DNA from: Narcine bancroftii
Lineage: Eukaryota
NCBI RefSeq assembly: GCF_036971445.1
Contig: NC_091482.1
Span: 27,094,001-27,158,000 of the forward strand
DNA: 64,000 nucleotides
Direction of reading: 5' to 3'
The notes under the pieces were generated by a model. The model was not told the DNA's origin, made no database searches, and saw only the letters and a list, made by a program, of their open reading frames with translations. Shown piece after piece: positions 1 through 12,732 of this stretch. How positions within the stretch are numbered: position 1 is the stretch's first letter; each line of letters begins with the position of its first letter. The position numbers and the translations under genes were made by a program.

Positions 1-607
1 TTTTGGCATGTTGGCTTTCATAATTCAAAGAATTGTGTATAGGAGTTGAGGTATTATATTGAAGTTGGATAAGACATTGGTGAGGCCAAAGTTGGAGAAT
101 TGTGTGCAGTTTTGGTCGCTTCTTACAGAAAAGATATTAGTAAGATTGAAAGAGGGCAAAAAAATTTACAAAGATGTTGCTGAGACATGAAAACCTGAGT
201 TATACGGAAAAGTTGAATAGGTTTGGATTTTATTCCCTGGAGCATTGGAGAATGAGGAATGATTTGATTGAGCTACATAAAATTATTTTTAATCACGAGG
301 GGAATAGATAAACACAAGCAGGCTTTTTCCACCAAGGTTGTGTGAGAAAGAAAGAAAGGACATGGGTTAAAAGTGAAAAGTTTTAGGAGAACTTCTTCAC
401 TCAGAGGGTAGTGAGAGTGTGGAGTGAGCTGCCAGTAGAAATGGTGGATGTGGGTTCAATTTCAACATTGAAGAGACATTTGGATGAGTACATGGATGGG
501 AGGGATATGGATGAAGGTCGATGGGACAAGGCACAAAAATAGTTTGAACCAGACTTGATGGGCCAAACAGCTTTCGGTGCTGTAATTTTCTGTGGTTTTA
601 TGGTTCT
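1..607 (+). mobile_element. CR1-type LINE 3' fragment (decayed)
   Basis: Degenerate CR1 RT C-terminal coding (LVRPKLENCVQFWS-like; FFTQRVVRVWSELP) followed by a short-repeat 3' tail. Frameshifted. Confidence 0.8.
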
Positions 608-1396
608 GCAGAGGAATCGCATAGTACTATGAAAAAGGAAATATGATGTAGCTTATCCAGAACTGCAAAATGCTCAAAATCTGTAACTGAAATTATGATT
701 GAGCAACTACTTTGATTGCTCAATATCCAGATTGAAGAAAATGCATATAATGCAGAGGTGTTGAATTATAAAGGTTACAACAGGTTCAGGATTCACCCAC
801 AAATGACTAGTTTAAACCTCCAGTTAGATCACACACAATGAGTGACTGGCAAGTATTCTGTCTTGCGCTGCAATTTCAACCCGTTTGTTGTTGCCTGTAT
901 TATCTCTGCTTTTTCTATTGTTTCCATGGGGTAGAGTTTCTCCTTTCATCTCTTCGCTCAACACCTAAAGTTTTGGTTCTGGTTCTGGCTGAAGGGAGAA
1001 ATAGACTATTTAAAATTTCATGATGATATATTGCTGAATAAATAGTAATGAGTTGTAGTGTGTGAGTGTGTGAGATGGGAAGGTAATTTGTAATGGGAGA
1101 ACTGGAGGTACTTATATTGTGACTAAACATTCCTGATTATGTTTCAGGCCTGAAAGGAGTGATCTCATCATTTGGGTTCCTCTCAATGACATGCTTCTTC
1201 AATTTAAAATTTATTCGATTTAAAATTTATGTTTATGATATGGCCAAGGCCATTCATGTGATTATCATGTACATCAGTTTTTTTTAATTAAACTCAATTA
1301 AAATATTTTTTAAAAGACATGTTTCTTCAAAATACAGGTACATAATCTTTTGTCTGAAACCCTTGGGACCAGACACTTTTTGGAATTTGGAATTCT

Positions 1397-2184
1397 TTGG
1401 ATAATGGGATAATAGTAACACGGTACTATCTTAATGGTATCCAATTAAGAAAAGGGGAGATGCAAAGAGACCTAGGTGTCGCTGTGCATCAGTCATTAAA
1501 AGTGGGCAGGCAGGTGCAGCAAGCAGTAAAAAAGGCGAATGGTATGTTGGCGTTCATATCAAGAGGATTCGAGTACAGGAGCAGGGAGGTATTGATGCAG
1601 TTGTATAGGGCCTTGGTGAGACCTCACCTGGAGTATTGTGTTCAGTTTTGGTCTCCTTATCTGAGGAAGGACATCATTGCTATGGAAAGAGTGCGGAAAA
1701 GGTTGACCAGATTGATACCAGGGATGGCGGGACTTGCATATGAAGAAAAGCTAGAACGACTGGGATTGTACTCGCTGGAGTTTAGACGATTAAGAGGAGA
1801 TTTAATACAAACATTCAAAATTCTTAAGGGATTTGACAGGCTAGATACAGGAAGATTGTTCCCAATGTTGAGCAAGTCTAGAACCAGGGGTCACAGTTTA
1901 AGGATAAAGGGGAAGTCCTTTAGGACTGAGATGAGGAAGAATTTTTTCACTCAGAGGGTGGTGAATTTATGGAATTCTCTGCTACAGGAAGTGATTGAGG
2001 CCGGTTCCATAGCTATATTTAAGAGAGAGTTAGATTTAGTACTTGTGACTAGGGGAATCAGGGGGTATGGAGAGAGAGCTGGAACAGGGTACTGAGTGGA
2101 TGATCAGCCATGATCAAAATGAATGGTGGTGTAGGCTTGAAGGGCCAAATGGCCTACTCCTACACCTATTTTCTATGTTTCTAT
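1397..2184 (+). mobile_element. CR1 LINE 3' end, intact C-terminal part of ORF2
   Basis: ORF 1397-2095 has RDLGV..KKANGMLAFISRGFEYRS..LYRALVRPHLEYCVQFWSP..RGHSLRI..FFTQRVVNLWNSL. It ends in a (TTCTATGT)-like tail at ~2170-2184. Confidence 0.92.
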
Positions 2185-3939
2185 ATTAAACTATTGCGCT
2201 GATTTCAGATTTGTGCGAAACAAAAACACACTCCAACTAGAAGGTTCTCTGAACAGACATGGGGTGGGGGGGGGGGTTGTAGTGGCACTGAACGGAGGAG
2301 GGTTGCAGTGGTGCTGGACAGGGGGTGGCGGTGGCGCTGGACTGGGGGGGGGGGGGGGGGTTGTGGCTGTGATGGACGGTAAATGAAGTGAGATAAAGAT
2401 TAGTAAATAAAGGTACCGGTTTGTGCACTATTGACACATGCTGAGCAGAAAGATTCTGGACTGTACTTAGCATAGTGGGAGTTAGAGGTTACAAATTAAC
2501 TCAGTAGAATTGGATAGTTAGAGAGAGATCTGACTTTCTGATGATTCAAATCACTTTCTGGAGATTTTTCATTGTTAACCATTGATTTGCATTCAATGCC
2601 AAGAGGCAGCAGATAAATTTCTAATGACTCAAGATTACTATTAAGGGGATAACGGTAACAATCACCCTTTACTGGATCTTTTTCTGTTCATCTGATTCTG
2701 TTATTCACACTTCTATGACTGTTGCACTTCCAGCATCAAACACATCTCAAATAGAAAACTATTTTCGGAGCATTGCCAGGGGAATTAAACCACACTGTTT
2801 TGAGAGGGTCATTCATGGATTCATTGCACATTACTGGACCAGGACTCCACCTTCTATTCTTCAGCTCACCTCCACCCACTAATCTCAGCCCTGGGCCCCC
2901 CTTTTCACCACCAACCAGCTCAAGCTTCAAATGGTTGATTTCCTGATTGAAAAGCCAACCATCTCTGACTCAATCATGGAAACCATACCATCTCTCCAGG
3001 AACTAATCTTCAGATTCTCCCTAATCCTGTTGGAGGATGACCCGCCAACCTTGAATCCTGACCCTGTCTCCCACCCACTCTCTGGATCTAATCTCTTGCC
3101 CTGGATGGTAACATTTCTTTGGCATTGTAGAAATTGAATGAGGAAATGTAAAAATTGATCAGTGTTGAAGTTTTTGGTGCAAAGTTCATAATCGGAATGT
3201 TGTCTCTCTTGGCTAGGCCAATGAATTATAATTTCCAGGCTATAAACTTCTAAGATGGCCTTTTATTAGCTGATGCTAATATAACCTGCACGAAATCTTG
3301 ATTTGGGAACAGATATCCAGGATAGATTTGGATTAGGCAAGAGAAGAAAATTTATTAATTAGGGGGCTGTAATTCCTTAGAATTCTCTACTTGAGAGAGC
3401 TGCAGGTGCTTAGTCATGTCCATTCAGTGCTGAGATCAATAGATTTTGGAATTGGAAGTTTTGAGGATGCAGTTAAAAGTTATTTAGGTCATGATCTAAC
3501 TGAATGGTGAAGCAAACCCAAGGCACATTAGATATTACACTCTCTTCTGTTATTAATCCTTATATTCTGATCGCAATCCAAGAATTCCAAAGTACCATGC
3601 AGGGACGGACTCTTGATTGGAACACTGTCTTCTAATTAAAATCTAGGAACTCTTAAGGATCATGTAGCATTTCCAGTTCTCTATTCCATGACTGATGACC
3701 ACTATCCAAGGAATTTCAGTGGAAGATATATTGATGGCCCTACAATTTAATTCACTTGCTAACATCCACTGGACCACTCTTGTCTTATTCATAAAGAATG
3801 GCCAGACATACTACCTAGTGACTGCATTTGTACCCAATCAAGAGGGAAGCCTTGAATTTATTGGAAATAACATTAATGCAGGAAAAATGCACTGCAGCTT
3901 GATGCCAACCTGGGAATAGTTCATCTGTTCATTGATGGG

Positions 3940-6375
3940 GAATCACTGTTCTATGTTGTGTCTTTCAAATTTGATTGGGTTTTTTGAGGCAATAATAAAG
4001 GCAATAGTGGATGTTGTCTATATGCATTTTAGTAAGGCATTTGACATAGTTCCTAATGGTAGGCTGATCCAGAAGGTACAGGTGCAGGGGATCCATGGTG
4101 AATTGATAGCCTGGATTCGGGAGTTGGCTGTTCCATAGAAGAGGGTAGAGGTGGAAGGGTGATATTCTAGCTGGAGGTCCATTACCAGTGGTGCTCTACA
4201 GGGTAGGTGGGTGGATTAGTAAATTTACACTAAGATTGATGGAGTTGTGGACAGCATAATCAGTGAGAGATGCAACAGAGAAATGCATACGAGGCTTAAT
4301 GCAGACAAGAATGAGGTGCGGCACTTTGGGAGGTCAAATGTTAGAGGAATGAAACAGTTAAATTTCCTTTTATTGTCATGTAATAATTTAACTTTTGCCC
4401 ACCATGGCAAAGATCACCATTAGTATTGCACAGCACTCCTTACAGTATGAAGCAAAAGAGAGTCCCTTCAGATTCACTGAATGTCTGTGGATTTACCTCC
4501 AGAGCTCCCACAGCCCCTGCATCCTCACAGACTCCTGTTCAATTCATTGGCATCCTGAGCTCCAGATCCAGACCTCCGACACAATCAGGAAGCCTTCAGC
4601 ACCCGTCCCCTTTGCGAACCCCTCACCCTGAGTGACCTTTTTGCCCTGCTCCGACACCCGGTTCCCATGAGCCAGTCTCCAGCAACCCACAGCCCATGTG
4701 TATCCCCCAATTGGATGTCACCCACTGCCTATGTGGATCCTTGTGCCACTGAGCCTCTTGCTGGTCCCCCAGCCAGGGTCGCCATCCTGTGGGGTCATCT
4801 CCCATGCTTCTCTTTCTCAACAGGCAGTGTTCTCGCAACTCCTGGTGTCCTGCTTCTCTCCCAAAGCCTACAACCCCTCATCTTGTGGACTGCTGCTGAG
4901 CACAGGCACCACCATCTTTAGGACAGACCTTGTGATTGCGGGATTTTACTTGCAGCCACTATCCGCTCCTTTATCAGGCCGTTTAAAGCTGCCAGCATTA
5001 GGACCAGGTGGTTTGAACCCTTCAGAGCAGCGCTGTGTCTCTGCCTTCGGTTCTCCTGGGCCCACACCAGTGGCACCACTGCTGTTACAACATCTCTGGC
5101 AGCAGCACCATTTTCTGGTTAATAGCAGGGACGTGCGAGGGATCAGGGGCTTCAGGTCCATGGCTCCTTGAAAGCAGGCATACAAGTAAATAGGATGGAA
5201 AAGAAGGCATATAGTGTATCTGACTTAATTAGATGGGGCATCCTTTGCTCCATGAACATCGAAGTACTCGAGATGGCAGAGGCCGACAGCATCGAATCCA
5301 CGCTGCTGAAGATCAAACTGCGCTGGGTCGGTCACATCTCCAGAATGGAGGACCATCGCCTTCCCAAGATCATGTTATATGGCGAGCTCTCCACTGGCCA
5401 CCGTGACAGAGGTGCACCAAAGAAGAGGTACAAGGACTGCCTAAAGAAATCTCTTGGTGCCTGTCACATTGACCACCGCCAGTGGGCTGATCTCGCCTCA
5501 AACCGTGCATCTTGGCGCCTCACAGTTTGGCGGGCGGCAACCTCCTTTGAAGAAGACCGCAGAGCCCACCTCACTGACAAAAGGCAAAGGAGGAAAAACC
5601 CAACACCCAACCCCAACCCACCAATTTTCCCCTGCAACCGCTGCAACCGTGTCTGCCTGTCCCGTATCGGACTTGTCAGCCACAAACGAGCCTGCAGCTG
5701 ACCTGGACATTAACCCTCCATAAATCTTCGTCCGCGAAGCCAAGCCAAAGAGAAGAGATGAAGAGATGGGGCATCAAGTATAAGAATAAGCAAATTGTGT
5801 TGCTGCTGTATAATATTTTGATTAGGCCACATGCAATTCTAGTTACCCCATTACAGGATGGATGTGAAGGCTTTGGAAAGAGTAAAGGGATTTAACAGAT
5901 TGTTGCCTAATTCTGATGGTATGTGTTGTTGAAAGAAGTGGGTTGTTTTCTCTGGAGCGTCAAGGGCTGAAAGGAGACCTGATAGAAGTTAATAAAATTA
6001 TGAGAGGGATTGAAAGGATAGACAGTCAGAAACTTTCACCCAGGGTAAAATTGCCAATACTAGTGAAATGCATTTAAGGTGAAGAAGGTAAAGTTTAAAG
6101 GCGATGTGCCGGGAAAGAGACTGATAGGTGCCTAGAGTGGGCTGCCAGGACTAATGGTGAAAACAGATACAACAGAGGCATTTAAGAGGCTTCTAGAATA
6201 TGCTGAGAATAAAGGGAAGTAGTGGAAGTTATAGCACAGTTACCCCTCTGCTGTAACCTTTCACTGACAAGGCAGGCAGTCACAGTACTCGTATCTTGTG
6301 CAAGTAGTGGAACCTTAATTTGAGCATCATGGTTGGTGGGTCAAAGGACCTGTTCCTTTGCTGGACTGTTCGATG
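3940..6375 (+). mobile_element. Decayed CR1 LINE interrupted by younger insertions
   Basis: RT motif VDVVYMHFSKAFDIVP at 3932-4138. CR1 sequence resumes at 5170-5242 and at 5764-6375 around the inserted elements. Confidence 0.75.
5243..5763 (+). mobile_element. 5'-truncated RTE-clade LINE with 12-bp TSD
   Basis: [35 protein letters not shown]..CxxC..HxxxC. AGATGGGGCATC is duplicated at 5231-5242 and 5764-5775. Confidence 0.92.
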
Positions 6376-9300
6376 ATATGAGTACTGTGACTGACTGACT
6401 TGTCAGTGAAGGGTTACAGCAGAGGGGTACCTGTGCCATTATAACGAGTGCGTGTCTCATTTCCTGTGTGATTATCAGAGGCCTTGTTCCGAGGTCTGGC
6501 TGGAGTAGATTCAGTCAGAGAAAGTGTTGAGGTTTACAAGGAACAGTTTCCAGCAGTTCCCATGTTGCTAAGCCTGCAAATATACCAGTGAAGCTGAAAC
6601 CACAAAGCTGACAAAATCAGAATTTCTATATCAGAAGTATTTCATCAAAATATGACATGATTCACCCAGCCTATAAACTTGAAGGCAACTATACATTGAT
6701 GTGAAACTCAGAATTCAGACTTTGAACAACTATATAATCTTCAAGTACTCTGCATCTGTCAGATATCAAAAGTAAAGTCCATATAAGATGATTCACTACA
6801 GTGCCTCAGTAGAGTCTGTCACTCATTATTATCAGGCACATGGAGTTCTGCACTACGAATGAGAACAGGGAAGCTGTCATTTACTGATAGACACCGTGAA
6901 ACACAGAATAAAATAGAAATTATGGCATTTGCTGACGAGGGACCTGATTATTCATTCATCGGGGGGGGGGGGGAGAGAGAGAGAGAGACTGTGCCACTCA
7001 GAGACAAAGGATAAGAGATCAGTAATGAGGGGGAAGAGTGAAGAGTGTCACCCATTGACAGGGAGGAGAATTTGTCCCTCACTAATGGGTGGAAGACCAC
7101 AATATTTGCTATTAACAATATAGACTGACTGGCATTTCCTGAATGTGCAGTATTGTCTGTGATCCTGTGCTTAACCCTAGGTGAGAAGCCTATTTAAATA
7201 GGAATTTTACAAGGAGTAAAAATCAATGGAGGGAACAAATTCTTCATGACTAATTCCACATTTTACCCAATAGGATTGACCAGCAGGTTAAGCTCATGCC
7301 AGTCTTCTCCATTAAAGTCTTTGTGTTAACTACTTCTGCAGCTATATTGGGATGGAGACAATATTGTTGAGGGTTGTCCTCTCATCAATTTCAGGTTGGC
7401 ATAATAACCTTCAGCTTAGCAAATGAGGAAGTTGTTGCTTGGAACTCTTGGCTGAAAGACATATTTTTCCCTGCAGCCATCAGGCTCCTGAATTAACCCC
7501 ATGGCCATTTGAATATTAGAGATCATCTGTTGGACTGTTTATTAAAGAACCCTTCTCATAATACTAAGTATAATTGGACAAATAAATATAAACTTACACC
7601 ACATATGCTAATAAACAGCTCTTTACTCCATTCCTATATTGTGAGCCAGGAACAGACAAATCACATCCCCCACCCCTTCACAAAGTGAACATAAATATAA
7701 TTCTTTTGTCATATCTATGTTTTGGAATTATTTCTGGAGATTTACCTTGTTATAAAGTTATCACACGGCAGATAAAGATATGATCAAGTGAAACCTACTT
7801 AGCAATAGAACTAAAATATAAATGTCATCTGTTGCCATGGTGTATTTGCTATGAAGGGGAATTCCACAGTTAACAGACAGGAAGGTGACCTTTAATAAGG
7901 AGGGGGACCAAGAAGAACATGACGAGCGGACTGACTGTGAAGCCAGTTGACAGGGAGTGAGGTTTCCCTATCTCCCCCTGCACCCCCTCCCTCAAGGCTC
8001 CAGTATATGCTTGTATCACTGGTTCACCTCATCAGAGAGATGGAGTTTAATGGCCGTATTTGTGCTTTTGTGTAAAAACTGGATAAATTGCTATTGTTCA
8101 AAAGCGCAGAGCTGACCATTTTAGCACAGCCACAGGCCCATTTAATCCCAGATATTATAATAGAGTGGTTGACTGCAATTTTTATAAATTGGAAAATAAT
8201 ATATTTGTACATATTGAATGAAAAGAAAATAAATGTCTGGATAAGGTCAATCGTTTTAACATTGACTCAGTGAACTAGGTGACCATTGTATATTAATTAC
8301 CCAGTTTGTATAAATATTCCTCCTTCCCTTTCTAAGGAAATGAAACCCTTGTTCAGATACAGAGCTTCTGGCCTCCCTCCAGAAACCAAAAATAATTTCT
8401 GGTACTTACCCAGGCCATGAGCATACATAGATTTCTCAATTACTCATCCCATCAGAGAGATTTGCATTCATCCAGGACATGTTATCAGTGTGTCCCAGTG
8501 ACAGCAAATGAGTTACTGAATTATTTTTTGATGTTGTTTCTGTTGCAGGGAATGCAGCAACTATTTTTTTTTGGAAATTGTATTAAAAGGAACATGATAA
8601 TAAAAAGATCATTTGTTTAAGGTGAAATATTAAGGGAGAGCACCACTGACCTTCAGTCATTACATCCTCCCAAGAGATTTATTAAAGTCTCATTCAACAT
8701 ATCCAGCATGCAGCCACAGACATTTCTAAGAAGGATGGTTGGATAAGGGTCATCAACAGAAACATTATCATCATTAATTCACCTGAGACTATTCACAACA
8801 AAAGGCACATAATAAAAATTCAGTCTTAAGAGTGAAGGAGATAACACAGCAGTGAGAGAAATTAAGATAAAAATGACTGCTCTAAAGTGGTAGTGCAAAG
8901 TATTGTACACTTTTCTGGAATTATATACATCTGTTTAAATTAGGTTTTAGGGATTCTATTTACAGATCATACTCAAGTAAAGACTGTCAACAATGAGAAC
9001 ATGAGTAGACTGACCTTTTTTTTTTGAAATGCAAAGAGTATGTATTAGAAAGGAAAGCCCAGATTACTGGTACTTGATGGGAAGTTGTGGAAGACTGCAG
9101 ATGAACTACAAGTTCTCATGGTAAAAATACACCATTCCTTGGAAGTTATTGTAATTGTGAGTACCCTTGTTTACAAAAAAAAATTGGATGACACTGGAAG
9201 TGAGAAATTATAACTAGACGGCGAGATATGAAAGAATGAGACTTTCTTCTCTAATTGAAAAAGAAATGTTGGAGATCATTTAGAACATTTTTCTTACATT

Positions 9301-9938
9301 GTTTTGATTCGGGAGGGGTAGAAGCTGAATATTTAATTTACTAGTCAGTTAATGATGAAAACACAGCTGGAGAGAAGCTTATGTTGGTGAAGAAAATCTT
9401 TCATCTTTTGCCGCAGCCAGAGACTATTACAGTTGTTAGGGTCCAGGGGAGTTGTATATACTCTCAGAGGCTATAATGTAAGATGAGTATGGACACTAAG
9501 ATCTGGGGATGGGGTGCAGGGGGAATAAATTACATTGTAATCATGTTCATAAATTAATGTTTAAAATTTGCTACATTACTATTGTTTTTATCATTGAGAT
9601 TGTGCTCATATCCTTTAAACTAATTCCAAAATGACATTACAAAAAGAAGACAAAGTTTGATGTAAAGGCTGTCGAACCTCTCCTAGACCCTGGTGTTGAG
9701 GCAGCCCGTCATGTACAGGATGTAAGTTCACAAGAAAGACACCAACTGCAGGTTACCACAATCAGCTCACCCACTGCCTGCTGCTCTCTCGGTTGCTAAA
9801 GACAGTAAAATATGCAATTTTCAAGCAAGTAAATTGTTTGGAATTTCCCTTCCTTCAGGATATGTGTTTGTTGGGTGGCAGCCAACAGCAACTGCTCCTT
9901 GATAAAAATGAAATGACAGAACACAGATAGGTGGGCTC

Positions 9939-10564
9939 GTTTTTTTTTTAAATTATTTTTTTTTCACACCATAAACCACATTGACCATGATACATACTTT
10001 TTCCTTTTCAAATATATACAGTGCCATTTTCTCCCCCCACCCCCCCCCCCCCCCCCGTCCATTTAAAGTACAAAATCTAGGATACATTAAACCAGTCAAA
10101 CAATGTTGTCATTCAATAAAAATAAACAAGAAATTCCACTGAGTCAATTCTTTTCATTTCCTTCTCCTTTCGTTAATTTAGGTAGTGAATGTCCCCGGTA
10201 GGTTTTCTCTATTGTGTTTCATGTAAGGCTCCCATATTTGTTCAAATATTTCAATATTATTTCTTAAACTATATGTCATTTTTTCTAATGGAATACATTT
10301 ATTCATTTCTATATACCATTGTTGTATTTTCAAATTATCTTCCAATTTCCAGGTTGACATAATACATTTTTTTGCTACGGCTAGAGCTATCTTAACAAAT
10401 CTTTTTTGTGCACCATCCAAATCAATTCCAAATTCTTTGTTTTTTTATGTTACTTAGGAGGAAGATCTCTGGATTTTTTGGTATATTGTTTTCTGTAATT
10501 TTATTTAATATTTGGTTTAGATCTTCCCAAAATTTTTCTACTTTCTCACATGTCCAGATTGCAT
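9939..10564 (-). mobile_element. L1/Tx1-type LINE 3' end with poly(A) and 13-bp TSD
   Basis: HAIWTCEKVEKFW..ALAVAKKCIMSTWK..CIPLEKMTY on the minus strand, with poly-T at 9940. GATAGGTGGGCTC occurs at 9926-9938 and 10565-10577. Confidence 0.9.
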
Positions 10565-11629
10565 GATAGGTGGGCTCATTGTGAACATAGTGGATGAGTG
10601 TGAAATGTGGGGAATGATTGGGTTTTGAAATGGCCAAAAACTGGCAGGGATACCCTTACAATTTCTTTCCCTTCCCTACCACAGTGGCAGTCACCCCTCA
10701 AGCTATCATAATTATTGTCTGTAAGTAAAACTAGGCAGAACAAATCCCAACCTAGTACAAAGAAAGTGAAACTGAGACACTGGAACATCTGTAAAACACT
10801 TAGAAACAGCAAGGGAAGGAGGGGAATTTCACCTAAAGTCGAATTGAAGTAAGGGTTTTGAATGTTAATTCCTTGCTTTTTCCATCATGTTCCTGCTGTT
10901 ACTTTTCTGGTACAGAGGTTTGTGTGATATGAGCACATGCCTTCCAGTCGTTGTTAGGAGGATACATACGTGTGGAACCATGCAGCACAAACCCAGCTCA
11001 CATTAATGGACACAGCTAGTGCTGAATTCGGGGGTGGGGGTGAAGGAAAAAGGGCCAGGTCTTCCAGTGCAGAAGGGCAATAATGGGGAAATTTGGCAAT
11101 TGTTTGCATTTACAGTAAGAAGTAGGCTGAGAATTTAAAATATTACCTATCCAATATTGTATCTATACATAGCTAAGAAATTGGAATAGCATTGCAAGGA
11201 ACTTGCATTTTAATTATTCTGTGCTCATAATTTTGGATTACCAGCTGATAAAAAGCCCAAAATGAAAACAGAAAATGTTGTAAAGTAGTAATATGTGTGG
11301 AAAATGAAATGTGTCAGGCCTCGGACCTTCGATCAGAACCCTTCCAGATTTCAGCAAATGCAGTGTTTTTTTTATAATCTTCAAGCCCAACATGTTTTGG
11401 TGACTTTTAAAATTCTAGGCATCATCCATTTACTTTCTACAATACTGCATGGGGGACCCTCCAGTGGATTTAATAGGTAATTGTTCACTTTGATTACAGT
11501 TCAATTAATCCAGCTGAAAATTGCATAGATGCAAGAGCATCGAATTGGCTTCGGAAGCGATGGTCATTGTGCTCATATGCCTCCTGCTTAAGTCTACAAA
11601 AGATGAATGAGCACATCAATGATGCAGTC

Positions 11630-11795
11630 ACTGTGCACACTATTACAAATCCATTGCTGTCTGTAAGGAGTTTGTACATTCTCCCAGTGACTGCATGGGT
11701 TTCCTCTGGGTGCTCCAGTTTCCTCATGGGGGCATATTTGGGCAGTGTGGGCTGATGTACTTGAAGGGCCTGTAACCATGCTATTTCTCTAAATT
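11630..11795 (+). mobile_element. SINE fragment (V-SINE/HE1-like core)
   Basis: Core GGAGTTTGTACATTCTCCC..GGGTTTCCTCTGGGTGCTCCAGTTTCCTC recurs at 12515-12733 (-), 14210-14550 and 53945-54150. Confidence 0.65.
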
Positions 11796-12514
11796 GACGA
11801 TTAATTAGAACAGGGAGGACCAAAGTCACCATAATGCATGCTGAAGTGCCACCTGCTGGCTATTAGAATAGAATTAAAGTATTTCTCTGGAAGTACTTGA
11901 GAAGTTCCACAATGTTATTTCATTCAGCCAAATGAACATGAAAATCTTTTTTTTCCAGGTAGAAAATGCCAACTATTTCTAAATAATTTTGTGTCACTCC
12001 AGATATTTGACAGACACTTGCTGGTTGTGATTTCCACATCTGGAACAGGTGTGTTGATGGTATTCTTCATGTTGCACACTTATTTAGAACACTGGAAGTT
12101 TGAATTCATTGTCCTGGAGATGCACAGTGCTGGGCACTGCCAGAGCAATGTGGACACAAAATTGCAGTGCCAAATGAGGAGATATACAAGTGAAATACTT
12201 CCATAAATCCTGCATGCTTCCAACAAAATGCCACCAATCATCATTCTATTCCCTAATCTGTCATCCACTAATCACATAACCACTCATCTTTGCTACATTC
12301 TGCCAATAATCTGATCTTCCACTCTGCCTTTTGCACTCACTGCCCCACATTACACCAGGGAATATAAATACTCCCTCTAATAAACTCCTGTCCAATCAAC
12401 AAGGTACCCAGCTCCTCCTCCGATAACTATCTGCTATTCTCTGTCTGCTTTCCCAACCCAACACTCTTGCTGCAAATCTAAACACACTCAGATGTCCTCC
12501 TTAGCTTTTTTAAA

Positions 12515-12732
12515 TAACTTTATATGGCACGGTAACAGGCCATTTTGGCCCACGAGCCCGTGCCGCCCAATTACACCCAATTCACCTACAAGCCTGGTAC
12601 GTTTCAAATGGTGGGAGGAAACTGGAGCCCTCAGGAAAAAGCTAGACACGGGGAGAACTTACCAGCTCCTTAGTGTGGGATTTGAACCCTTGTCCCGATT
12701 GCTGGTGCTGTAACTAACCACTACGCTAACCG
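12515..12732 (-). mobile_element. SINE copy (same family)
   Basis: Reverse complement of the SINE core (GGGAGGAAACTGGAG..GGGAGAAC), with a tRNA-like head (GGTTAGCGTAGTGGTTAG on the minus strand). Confidence 0.65.

Noticed and set aside
4395-5185. Cluster of overlapping 70-157 aa ORFs
   Set aside because: They lie in an interspersed repeat with a second copy at ~25757-26300 and show no protein motifs.
8404-8510. Minus-strand exon ending at a GGTAAGT donor
   Set aside because: Frames are short or stopped and no recognisable protein could be assigned.
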